From assembly GCF_009914755.1 (NCBI RefSeq), contig NC_060930.1: a DNA stretch of 64,000 nucleotides; one strand, 5' to 3'. The stretch comes from the human T2T-CHM13v2.0 reference genome, Homo sapiens. The translations under genes and the position numbers were made by a program. Below, in pieces: positions 46,261-58,545 of the stretch; the first letter of the stretch is position 1, and the number at the start of each line of letters is the position of its first letter. The notes beneath the pieces are model-generated. The model saw nothing but the letters and a program-made list of their open reading frames with translations, was not told where the DNA came from and ran no database searches.

Positions 46261-46712
46261 GACCATTGTTGCCCCTGCTTGCCCAACACAAAAGAGCACT
46301 ATTATCAAAGAAAATCCTGGCGACAATATTGGAATGTTTTTTTAAAGAAATGCTATATCACCAAAAGTCTTGATTACACATAATTTAATATTATTTGGGA
46401 AAAAACATAGACATTGACAACTTTCCATTTTTAAATGATGTAAAATAGATTCTTAGTGTGAAACTTTTTAAGCTATCTTGAGTAACTCATTTTATTTAAA
46501 GATGTTTTTGTATACTTATGTGTGACGAATTACAAAATTTATGTCAAGATGGACCTCAAAAACTATTTGCAATACATTTAAAACAAACATCTAGGTAATT
46601 TTAAAAAGCAAGGCAGATGGCCATACATAATTGGCATCATTTTTTTCTTGGTGGGACATGAAATCAAGGAAAATCTTATTATTAAAGGCATTTTAGATAC
46701 AATGAAATATGA
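46260..46712. mobile_element. Possible Tigger/pogo DNA transposon remnant
   Basis: 'tttaaagaaatgctatatcacc' and a terminus-like 'ggcattttagatacaatgaaatatg'. Confidence 0.4.
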
Positions 46713-47312
46713 TATTTCACTGGACAAGACATGTCTTTTGAGTTCTTTTTCCAAAATGTTAGTAGAATCAATAGTATTTGAACATTCTAGCCCCGAACAC
46801 CTTGTGAAAGAGGACATGTTTTCTCAAGATTAAAAAAAAAAAATCAAGATTAGGATTGGATTGTGGTCTGAGGCTATAAAGCATAGCCAAGTAAATGGCT
46901 TAATTAGGATACCCAAACTTGGTCTCCTTTGTATTTTATTAATCAGTGATGAAATCATTGCTTCCCGCATAAAGTTGTACTTTACCAAATTCATTGTTTT
47001 CATTTTATTCTTTCCTGGTGACCTTTAAAGCAGGCAGAAGAGGGTAGACCAGAGGACTTAAATAATTGATAAATTGACTCTTTTGCCTCACCAGTAAATC
47101 CCTTAAGCATAAAATTTCCCAAAACAAAAAGAAAAAGAGTAAGCAAAGGTGGAAAAAATAGCTAAATGCAATTTCCTAAATAAAATGCCTGACACAGAAT
47201 GAGATTAAGATAGGTGTTTCTTTTTCATCAAAGTAGTCATCTTCTCATTACTGAATTGGCCTCACAACAATATGCCTCAATGTCTCTTGAGACATCAACT
47301 CTGGCATATGAT

Positions 47313-47536
47313 CAGTGGCATGTCAAGGGTGGGTAGGAGTGATGTGCCCTGGGTGCCAGCAATAAGAGATTAGACTGTCTATTTAAAATCTTAAAACAAT
47401 GATAAAATAAACTAAAAATTGGGCTGCTTTTTTTTTTATCACCATGTACCAGTGATTCTGAACAATGTCTAATAAAATACTTCTCACCAGTAGGATGGGC
47501 TACTTCCATACATCACTTCCCCTTGGCTGCCAACTG
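47313..47536 (+). mobile_element. Short hAT-Tip100 (MER97-like) element
   Basis: Ends cagtggc...gccaactg; internal 'gcaataag...ctgctttt...atcaccatg...aacaatgtc'. Confidence 0.55.
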
Positions 47537-48706
47537 GATCATCAGATGCAAAAAAGTGAGGTTAGGGTGAGGAAGTATGAGAGAATAAAGAAGGCTTGAA
47601 GGAGAAGCTTGTCAATTATTCCAGGTGCCCTACAGCGGCATTAACTGATTCCCAGTATGTAGAACTTCAAATATTCAGAGTTAAGGCTTCATAAAGGAGT
47701 TTCCTTCAAAGGCTCCCCTACTTACACACAATACAAGAATGAGAAAATTATTATACCAGGCATTTGTGTAGTTAATGAGTCAAATTAAAAGTGACAATAA
47801 CACACTTCCTTCTTGTCCTTCTCTATCATAAACCACACCCTAAGGCGGAAGCAGTTCTCACAGATCAGCTTACTCAGCAGCCTGGAGGATTGCTTGACAC
47901 CTGGATAATAAGGCAAAAACATAAAATGCAAGGTTTTCGAAACTATCCAAATTGAAGTGTAACACGATCATTGGTCAGGAACTAAGAAAAGTAGAATAGG
48001 GGTGGTATTTATACATTTCATTTGTGTTCTTCTGGTCACTGATGTTATGTATACAGTAGACAATTAGTGTTGACAAACTATATTTTATAGACTTTATGGG
48101 CTAGTTGCATAGGGATTTGTGTGGGCTTTACTGTTTTTAATATATTTTTTAATCCACCCCTCTAGAACCATGTGGGTAGACAGGTGTTAGGGTTAAAAAT
48201 TCATATGGTATGTGATAGGATTTTGGTGAGGAAATGGAGCAGAAGGGATGGACATTTTAACAGCTTGTGAGGTTTTAGAAGTGAAAAGGGAAGGGGGAGA
48301 AGTATTTTGCCTATTGAAAAAAAATCATTGAAATATACAACTTATGCATACTGAGGTATCAAAAAGGTTTAGCTCTAAAGTTACAGAAAAAGTAATAAAT
48401 CAAAAATATTTTGTAGGACTAAGAGACTATGCAAAATGGGAATTGTTCTCCAGAGAATTTTCTAACTAATTAGCACAGGGACAGATTAATCCTGTTATTA
48501 ATCAGTAAATCAATGTAGGACAGACAGAGAAAGAGGGAAACAGGCTTCTCTTGTTATTTCATTTCTTAAGAGCCTGTTTGCATTTATTTATTTATTCAAC
48601 AAGATATAATGTGCTCTTAATATGTGCAAAAAAAAAATCCTAGGAATAACTGTGGAGGATACAAAATTTTTTAAAAATATCAGTTCTACCCTCCTTTAAT
48701 TTATAA

Positions 48707-49103
<397 letters not shown>

Positions 49104-49384
49104 AAGGGGAATATTTTTAATTTCCATTATACAGAAAATTTAAGCTCAGAAAGTCTTAAAGATCATAGAGCTATTACATAATAGAATCAAGATTTCAACC
49201 TAAAAAGATTTGAAACTTTTTTGCACTTTGCTATATTAATAACTGCAAAGGCACATGTGGGAAGCAGAAACATCATGATACAAAATAATTAGAAGTTTAA
49301 AGGAAAAGAAGAAATACATTTTCAACCCTCCTCTTCACTCTGAACCCTTGAATTTCTTTCAACATCATTGACATCCATTTTTGT

Positions 49385-50240
49385 TTTGTCATTTATTCAA
49401 TAATTTAACAAATATTGATTACCTTCTATACTATTATATTTATCATACTATTATATATTATATGATATATTAAATACATAATTTACTTATAATACTATGT
49501 ACTATGCTGTATTATATACTATACTAATATATGACTATTGGTGCTGTCCTAGGATTGAGAGGCAGAGATAAGTAAAGCAAAGCCCCTGTCATCATGGAAC
49601 TTGCATTCTAGTGTGGGAGTTGGACAGGCGATAAACAAATAAACAATATAATGTCAGATAGTGAAATGTGCTATGAAGAAAGATAAAGTAAACCAGAGAT
49701 AGAAAAAATGGTGCTATTTTAGACCATTTAGAAACAATACCACTCCAGAGAAATGACATTGCAAATGCTGTCCTATAATGAATTGTGCAAATACCTGAAG
49801 ATGAACACTCTGAGTAGAGGGAAACAGTAAAGTAAAGGCCCTAATGCTGAACACACTTGAAACAAAATTTAAGAAACAGCAAGGAGGCCGTGTTGTATGG
49901 CTACAGTAGAAGAAGGGCTGGAAAGAGTGGCAAAGCGTGAGGTCAGAGATGGTGTCAGATCATATATGAACCAGATAATGTAGGTTTGTATGGGTCATGG
50001 GATTCTTTAGTTTTATTAAGTGTGATAAGAAGCTGTTACAGAGTTTTGTTATTGTTGTTGCTTTTTCTTAGCATAAGAGGAACCACAATGAATATTGGAG
50101 AGCTTTGAGGAAGAAAATAATATCATACCATTTACAACTTTTTAAAATTGCCTTGGTTGCTGCAGGAAGAACAGACCCTAGCAGAAGAAAAATTGAAGGC
50201 AAGGAAACCATTTAGAAGACTGTTTTAATTCGGAAGGGAA
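49385..50240 (-). mobile_element. L2 fragment
   Basis: 'catttattcaa...cctgtcatcatggaacttgcattctagtg...gcaaggaggcc...gtgaggtcagagatgg'. Confidence 0.8.
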
Positions 50241-50342
50241 ATAATTACCTTTTCAATACATAGTTCTGGGTCATGTGTATCTATATGGAAAAAAACATGA
50301 ATATTGACCTCTAATTCATATCATACACAAAACTTAATTTAA

Positions 50343-50634
50343 GCAGAGTGTGGTGGCTCACACCTGTAATCCTAGCACTTTGGGAGGCTGAGGCAGGAGG
50401 CCAGGAATTCGAGATCAGCCTGGGCAATGTAGCAAGACCCCGTCTTTTTTTAAAAAAATTGTTTTTAATTGGCCAGGTGGACATGGTGATATGCACCTGT
50501 AGTCCTAGCTACTTGGGAGACGGGGGAGGGAGGATCACTTGAGTCCAGGAGTTCAAGGCTGTAGTGCACTATGATCGCACCACTGCACTCCAGCCTGGAT
50601 GACAGAGAGAGACGTTTTCTCTTTGAAAAAAAAA
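50343..50634 (+). mobile_element. AluJ within an L1ME ORF2 fragment (about 50240-50880, +)
   Basis: AluJ features (gagttcaaggctgtagtg...tatgatc); degenerate L1 ORF2 on both flanks. Confidence 0.9.
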
Positions 50635-50889
50635 ATTTAGAAAACAATTTAGCTTGAGAAATCTTATAAGCTCAATATGAAGGCTAAAATATGACCCTTT
50701 AGAAGAAAACATAAGAGAATATGTTCAGAACCTTGAGAGAGTAAAAGATTTGTTTAAAAGGACACAAAAGCACTAATCACAAAAGGTTCATAAATTGGAC
50801 TTTATTATAATTAAGAATAGTTGATTATCAAAAAGAAAAAATTAATACAGTAAAAAGGTAAGTGCTAGACTGGGAGAAGATATGTGAGT

Positions 50890-50985
50890 TAGATGATAGA
50901 TAGATGATAGATAGATAGATGATAGATAGAGATAGATAGATCGATCGATCGACAGACAGACAGAGATGATGATAGATAGACAGAC

Positions 50986-51033
<48 letters not shown>

Positions 51034-51050
51034 AATAGATAGATAGATAC
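50890..51050. repeat. Compound (GATA/GATC/GACA)n tetranucleotide STR
   Basis: Directly visible. Confidence 0.97.
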
Positions 51051-51329
51051 TGTATAATCGTATAACTAATTCCAGAAGATAGAAGAAACCTGTACATGTT
51101 AACAAGGCAAAAAAAATTTAATGTAATCATGGAAATGATATCCTGTCATCTTTGCCATATTGCACGGGTTGAAAACAAGTCACAGTTGCAACCAACATTC
51201 CAAGGGTATTAGGGGCATGAACACCAGGAGGCAAGGATCTTTGAAAACCATCTTAGAGTCTACCACATATCCTACCCCCTGCTTACACAAAAGGAAGCAG
51301 ACTATACATGCTATTCTCACCTTCTCTTT

Positions 51330-52430
51330 TTTTTTTTTTTTTTTTTTTTACTGAACTAGTACTCACTCCATAAGAGAATAGGGAAAACTTTCCTATTCCT
51401 TTTTAGAGCTTCATAGTATTCTTTTGTACAGATGCACTATATATTTTTTTCAATCAGAAATTTGGGTTGTTTCCCAGTCTTTTGCTATAGTAAACTGTGC
51501 TGCAATGAATTACCTCATGCATACAAAATTTCTTTCTTTCTTTCTTTGTTTTACCAGTGTATCTGTGGGATAAATTTTTAGAAGTAATTTCTTCATCACA
51601 AGGTTAATGTACATATAATTTTGTATTCCTTACAGTAATGTGTGAAAGTACCTATTGTATTATTGAATATAATATTTCATTTGTAATTTTAATTTATGTT
51701 TCTCTTACAGGCAACATCAAGTTTCTTGTCATCAATTTAAGGGCTATTTGCATTTTTCTGAGCTTTCTATTTGTGTCTTTAGTCCATTTTCTCTGTTGTG
51801 TGATTGGCCTTCTCAATTTTTTTTTTCTTTATTGAGATGGAGTCTCGCTCTGTCACAGAGGCTGGAGTCACCGAGGCTGGCACGATCTCCGCTCACTGCA
51901 ATCTCTGCCTTCTGAGTTCAAGCAATTCTCGTGCCTCGGCCTCCCGAGTAACTGGGATTACAGGTGTGTGCCACCATGCCTAGCTAATTTTTTATTTTTA
52001 TTTTTAGTAGAGATGGCGTTTCACCATGTTGCCCAGGCTGGTCTCAAACTCCTGACCTCAGGTGATCCACCCACCTTGGCCTCCTAAAGTGCTGGGAATA
52101 CAGGCGTAAGCCACCATGCCCAGCCTGGCCGTCTCAATTTTTATAAGCTTTTTAAAATATTGGAATAATTAATTGCCCCTGTTTATGGTATAAGATTAAA
52201 ATATTTATGCCTTTTTATGCTTAGGTTTTTGCTCAGTGTGCATCCTTGTCTTTTTCCTGACCTTAACAAAAGCAAACATCTCTAATATTTACTCATTAAG
52301 AAAGACCCATTAGCTCTCTTGGGCTAAGCTTTGTAAGTGTATATAAATGTTTATAAATTTAGATATATAATCAGGTTAAGGCAGTAACTATCAATTTATA
52401 TCGATTTTATACTTGTTTTATTAAAAGAAT
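51330..52430 (-). mobile_element. L1ME-like fragments (minus), followed by a plus-strand L1M ORF2 piece at about 52490-52760
   Basis: Antisense 3' motifs (tttgggttgtttcccagtcttttgcta...gctgcaatgaat). The plus piece encodes a degenerate HHDQVGFIPGMQ (catcatgatcaagtggtgtttatttcaggagtgcaag). Confidence 0.7.
51817..52125 (-). mobile_element. AluSx-like
   Basis: Antisense dimer; TSD tggcc(t/g)tctcaatttt. Confidence 0.95.
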
Positions 52431-53820
52431 TCTTTTCCTATTCTTTTTTAGAGCTTCATAGTATTCTTTTGTATGGATGCACGATATAAAAATCTGACAT
52501 AAATTACACCAAAGTGAAAACTACAGAGTATTAATGCCAAATTTATAAATTGAATATTAGCAGAACGATTCCAAGAGCACTTAAAAATGCATCATGATCA
52601 AGTGGTGTTTATTTCAGGAGTGCAAGTGTAGTTTAATAATTGGAAGACCCATAATATACTTAAAAATAGAGCTAAAGAGGAGAAAAATCACTGGACAACA
52701 AAGCATTTGACATAACTCAATAATTATTCATATTAATAATATACAAAAATATACACCTTTCGCTGAGAAGAAGCCTAGGGGCGGGAGATATAGTCCTGTT
52801 CTTTCCTGTTGATCTAAAGAACAGGCAAAGAGTAAAGCCAATGGCAAGAAGATTTGGAAAATGGGCAGAGTTCTACAGCAAGTTACTAACAAACAAACTG
52901 CAAAGGGAGGCAAGGGTGAGGGTTTTGATGGTAGCCTATAGTCAAGTACCAGGATGAGATAAGAGCACCAAAAGTCGTGGAGAGCTGAAAGAGTAAAAAA
53001 GAAACTCAATCAAGTAGTAGTTGATTAGAATTGTAAGGGCTTTGTATTGCTGAAAAAGAAAACAGAAAGTCTATTTCTGGCAAACAGAGACTTGTCATTA
53101 CTATTCTCTAGGCCCAGGCAATTCATCCTCTACCTTTTGCCCCATCCCCAACAAACCCAAACCTACAGAGAGTAGGAGACTAAAGCATTGCAGCTTCTGG
53201 AAGGGAAATCCCTCTCCATCTACTTCAGTTGTGGCCACAAAAGGCACTAAACTAGGCAGAGACTTTTATTGGACTCACCAAGAAACCATTTCTCCAGGCA
53301 AGGCAAAGATTTCTTGTTCTTCTTGCTCAAGAGACTCTTAGAGACATGTAAATTTGGAATTTATGTATTGTCGAGTCATGTGGAGGCACATCTGGACTCA
53401 ACCTTATGAGAGACATCTGGAATTGGGGATAGATGCAGTAGCTAGAAATGACAATATGTGTCTCGCACTGGGGAGGGACGAATGCATTTCGTATAGCAAC
53501 TAGGATGGTTCTTAAAGTCATTAATCAGAAAAAGCACACATGTGCATTTATATGTGTGTTCCCACACAAAGATGCTTAGGAAACCACTTATCCATCTAGG
53601 TAAGAGCTAGCTGTTATCTCTTTCTGAAAAATTCCTCTTTTCTAATGGAGAATCCATCATGTATTATTCAGATAGGGACTATCTCACCTCTTCATAGTCT
53701 TTATTCTGGGTACTGGGGATACAACAGTGAACAGAATAAACCAAATCCATGGCCTCTAGTAGCTCTCATTCTTGTCATTACAGAAATACTATTTAAAAAA
53801 CTAATACATATAAAATATGT

Positions 53821-54100
53821 CCAGGCAGAGCACCTGTAATCCCAGAGTTTTGGGAGGCCAAGGTGGGAGGATTGCCTGAGGCCAGGAGTTGGAGTATAGA
53901 GTGGACCACATAATGGGACCCCATTTCTATAAAAAATTTAAAAATTAGACAGATGTGATGATGCACCCCTGTAATCCAGCCTACTCAGGAGGCTCAGGGG
54001 GAGGATGGCTTGAGCCTAGTAGTTTGAGGCTGCAGTGAGCTATGATTGCACCGCTGCATTCCAGCCTGGGTGACAGAGACCGTGTTGCTAAAAAAAATTT
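53821..54100 (+). mobile_element. AluJo-like
   Basis: Diverged dimer containing gaggctgcagtgagctatgattg. Confidence 0.9.
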
Positions 54101-57100
54101 TAGAAAAAGGTCAAAAATGATCAATGTGAAAAAATAAAGAAAGAAGTACAAGGGGAAGTGCATTATTTAATTAATCAATTAGTGTTTTCAAAGTAACAGT
54201 TGCTGGATTTTAATGCACAATATGCTCAAAAATTTTGAAATGCACAGAAAATAGCAATCAGTTCTGAGCATTTTTTTAATTTGTTTTCTTTCTCTTTTTA
54301 AAAAAACATTTAAATTTTCTCTTATATCTAAAGCTGTATCTAGAAAATGCTGAAAAATTTCTGAAGCTGATTTAATATAAGCACTAAAATATGCCATTTA
54401 TTTCATTTATAAGGTATTGATGAGATCTGCAAATATTTCAAAACTCACTTTTCTCTGTGTAGAGCTGTCAAAGCAAAATCAGTGACTTTTAAATATCTTA
54501 AATTTATCTCTGCAGAGTATTGGGACTTTTTCAGAAATATATCATTCATGAGTAATTCTTTGGCTTCAAATCCTGTGCAGAGGAAACAATAGAAGGAAAG
54601 GTTTGCAGTGTAATCATTTCTAAAGAACATATTTTAAACCATATTAACAGTAATTCATGAAGCTTTAAGAAGAAAAAAAGAATGTGTGTCATCAGCTTAG
54701 CCATAGCAAATAAGAAAACTCATGCATTAAACATTGCAAACAGAAGTAATACGGCTTTAGTTCAATCTGTAATTTGTGAGCTATCACAGAGATTCTGGCC
54801 TGGCACCACTCACAAATGTTCGCTGAATGTCATTGAAAAGGTTTGAGAGGACTCTCCAAGGCCCAATTAAAGGAATGGAGAACTAGGGAAGATTGTTCAC
54901 CACTAAGAAAAAGCAAGAAGAATGGCACAAGATGAATGTGGCTTTCCAGTTTTATTATTTTGTCTGTAAATAGGGAAACAGGAGCTAAAAATAAATAATA
55001 TTAAACGTTTCATTCATTATTTGTTCCTCATCATTTAGAAGGAGTTTTCGTACAGTTTTGATTACCCCTGTTCTCCTAAAGTCTGGTAGTCCTCCACTCC
55101 CAAATACCAAACTGAGTCATTGACTGCATTATCATTACCCCTTTATCCTGTTTCAATGTATATATGTATATATACATATACATATTCATACAAACACAGA
55201 TATATTTCCAACTTGTATAATTTCATTTAATTAACAAGTAGTGTGTGACTCAAAAAATAGAAATCAAAGATTCGTATTCAACTATACAAGCCAAAAGTTG
55301 TTTAAGATATTCTTTATCAACTTAAACTCATTACCAACCACCCATTTTCATGTTTCATGTATGATATGTTATACATGTATCATTAACATATATAATGTCC
55401 CTTCTAAAGTTGTTCAGGGTGTGTAATAGACACTCAAATATCAATTCACTAATTAGTTAACTAATTGACTAGTGGGACTGGTTGGACTAAGTGTATTTAA
55501 TAAATCCTTTGCAAAAAAAATCTTTTCTTATTTCCACAGGTATTGTTTATCCAAAGTTAATTGATATTTGATATTTTCAGAGATTTAAGAGGAAAGCTAC
55601 TGACTAGATTCATTACACATAAGGTTTCCATTTACATAATTAGTTTTTGTAAGTCTGGGCTATGGATGGAGGAGAAACCACAAAAGGAAGATGAACAGAA
55701 TGGAGGAGAAAATGGGTTCTCTCCCTTAGCCTATGGATTTTAATCTTCTCAAAGGTAAGGACCTTCTTTCCGTATTCTTCTATATGCTACACAATGCCCA
55801 ATGATAAATAATAAATCTTCATTTATAACTTGTTATACTATTAAAAGGCAGAAATCTAGAGAAAACTTAAATTCCTTAAAGTCATTCTGTCCTGAAGAAC
55901 TCGCTACTTTGTTTTCTCTTCTATGTCTTTTTCACTTTGGGGTAGTTTTAGTCCTTTTTCAGGCTTAATCTCTGAAATAAACCACAACCATTTCTGTTCT
56001 CAAAAAAGGAAGGGTGAGCAGCCTTGCAGAAGGGAGAAGTCCACTGCCAGGTCCAGTTAGAATAACTGGGTTGAATGAGGCAGCGGAGTGGTGAATTCAA
56101 AGAGTCCTGGATTGAGAGTAACTAGGCACGCCCTATAAAACAATTTGCCTTTCCTCTCTGAGATGGAGTTTCTTCATTAGTAAAATTAAGGGACTGAATC
56201 ATGTGTTCCATTCTAGCTCTAATATTCAGTAATTTTTTATAATTTCTCTAAGTCATATACTTCACAATCATTCATAATTAGCATAGATACATTTCACACT
56301 GACATGTCTAATGTCAAAGTGAATAACCATTTTCTACTGATTTTCTTTACTTTGTTATGACCAACTGATATGTAAAAACTAAGTTTCACTCAGTTGAGTA
56401 TACGTCATAAACAAGCCTTGTAGTACTACTGTAGACGGTATCACAATGTTTTTTTCATTATGAGCTAACAGGTCCTTTAAACCCAGTAGACTTATGAGCT
56501 CCTCCAGGGCAAGTACTGTGTCTCAGTCATTTTTTATCCTCAGTGCATGATTTTAGCATGAAAACATTAAACATTTTTAATAATTAGCCTAAGTAGCTAG
56601 AGAAAAGCACGCAGAAGAGCAGCAAGCTGACCAATTTCACTTCCTATGCATGACCACGAACCTCAAGACAGCCCTCAGTGCTCCTGGCAATCAAACTGTA
56701 TTTCCCTGGTTCACTCAGTGCACACTCATAGATGTCTACTTCAGACTTCATTTTCTATTCTAAATCCTCAACACCTCCTATTTTCTTCTAAAAAGAGTAT
56801 CCATCAGCTCCCATGTACATTTCTATCAGGATTTTATATGTCTTCCTCCCTCTACAAAGGATGAGCAGCCTGTGCTCCTGGGCAAGTCAACCCATTCATT
56901 TGTACAATAAATCCCAACCACTTACCCCAACACAAGAACAATTATTCATTCAGCAATTCTCCTTACTCTCTCCTGAACCACTATGTTCTCTCTATATATC
57001 TTTTACATCAGTGTACACTCATGTGATTATTTCTCTCATCTTAAAAACAAAACTCTCTTTTGACCCAACTTCTGCCTCTAACTGCTGCTCTATTTCACTT

Positions 57101-57639
57101 CTTGAATCCTCTCCAATCATACCTCCCATTTTCCACCAAATCTGCCCTTGTCAAATTTGCCAACGACCTCCACCTGCTAAGTTATGACTGTGAATTCTCA
57201 GTCCTCATCCTTCCTGATCTGTCAGCAGCATGTGACTTGCTTCATTATTTCTTCTCCCTTAAAATGTTTTCTTCACTTGTCTTCCAAGGCACCACACTCT
57301 GCTGCTTCTCCGCCAGCATCGCCTCCCTGCTTCTCTTCCTCCTTTGTGGATTCCTCCTCATCAGCCCAGCTTCTCAAAAGTGATGGCCTCTAGAGCTCAG
57401 GCTCTGGACTTTTCTTCTTCTATCTCTCTATGTTGTTTGACCCAGGTCCATGGAGTTTTAAAACATCCACATGCCAGTAATTTCAAAATTTATACTAAAT
57501 TTGTATCTTGAGGCCCAACCTACCACCTAGTATCCAAATTGATATATTCAATTACCTATTAACATCACTACCTGGAAGTCTAATAGCCTTCTTAAACTAA
57601 ACCCATCCCCAAATCAAAGTCATAAACTTCTTTCTCAAT

Positions 57640-57923
57640 CTTTTTTCTAGACAGGTCTCACTCTGTCACTCAGGCAGGAGTAGAGTGGCAGGATCATAGC
57701 TCACTGCAGGCTTGATCTCCTGGGGCTCAATCAATTTCTCTCACCTCAATCTCTTGAACGGTTGGGACCACAGGTGCACACCACCACACCCACCTGATTT
57801 TTAAAAACTATTTTTGTAGAGACAGGGTCTTGCTATGTTACTCAGGCTGGTCTTAACTCCTGGGCTCAAGCAATCCTCCCACTTTAGCCTCCCAAAGTGC
57901 TGGTGAGCCACAGGCGCCTGGCT
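57640..57923 (-). mobile_element. AluJ
   Basis: Antisense dimer (atcatagctcactgcag; gacagggtcttgctatgtt). Confidence 0.9.
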
Positions 57924-58240
57924 GTTTTTTCCTAATAAATAGGTATAACTCCATAATTTCAGTTGCTCAAGCCAATAAGTTGAGTCATTCTTGATTTCTC
58001 TTTTTTTTCACATTCCAATATGTAATCAAATTATATCAGATAAATCTCTAAAAATATATCATGAATACAACTTTTGCCACCTTCACCCTCACCACTCTGG
58101 CCCAGTATGTCATTGTTTCTCACTTGAATTATTGCAATAGCCTCCTAACTTCTTTTGCCCTTGCTTACCTCCAGAAAATTCCCAGCATAGCAGCCAAAAT
58201 GATCCCATAATGTCAAATTTGGTCAAAATATTGCAATCTT

Positions 58241-58545
58241 GGCTGGGCACAGTGGCTCAGGCCTATAATCCCAGTACTTTGGGAGGCCAAGGCAGGCTGA
58301 TCACCTGAGGTGGGAGGTTTGAGACCAGCCTGACCAACACGGAGAAACCCCATCTCAACTAAAAATACAAAATTATCCAGCTGTGGTGGTGCATGCCTGT
58401 AATTCCAGCTGCCCGGGAGGCTGAGGCAGGAGAATTGTTTTAACCTGGGAGGAGGAGGTTGCAGTTAGCTGAGATCATGCCATTGCACTCCAGCCTGGGC
58501 AACAAGAGCAAAACTCTGTCTCAAAAAATAAAATAATAAAAAAAG
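58241..58545 (+). mobile_element. AluSp-like
   Basis: Contains cctgaccaac..ggagaaaccc; TSD aaaat(a/c)ttgcaatctt. Confidence 0.93.

Noticed and set aside
50828-51130. YLSI-repeat ORFs
   Set aside because: Antisense translation of the (GATA)n STR.
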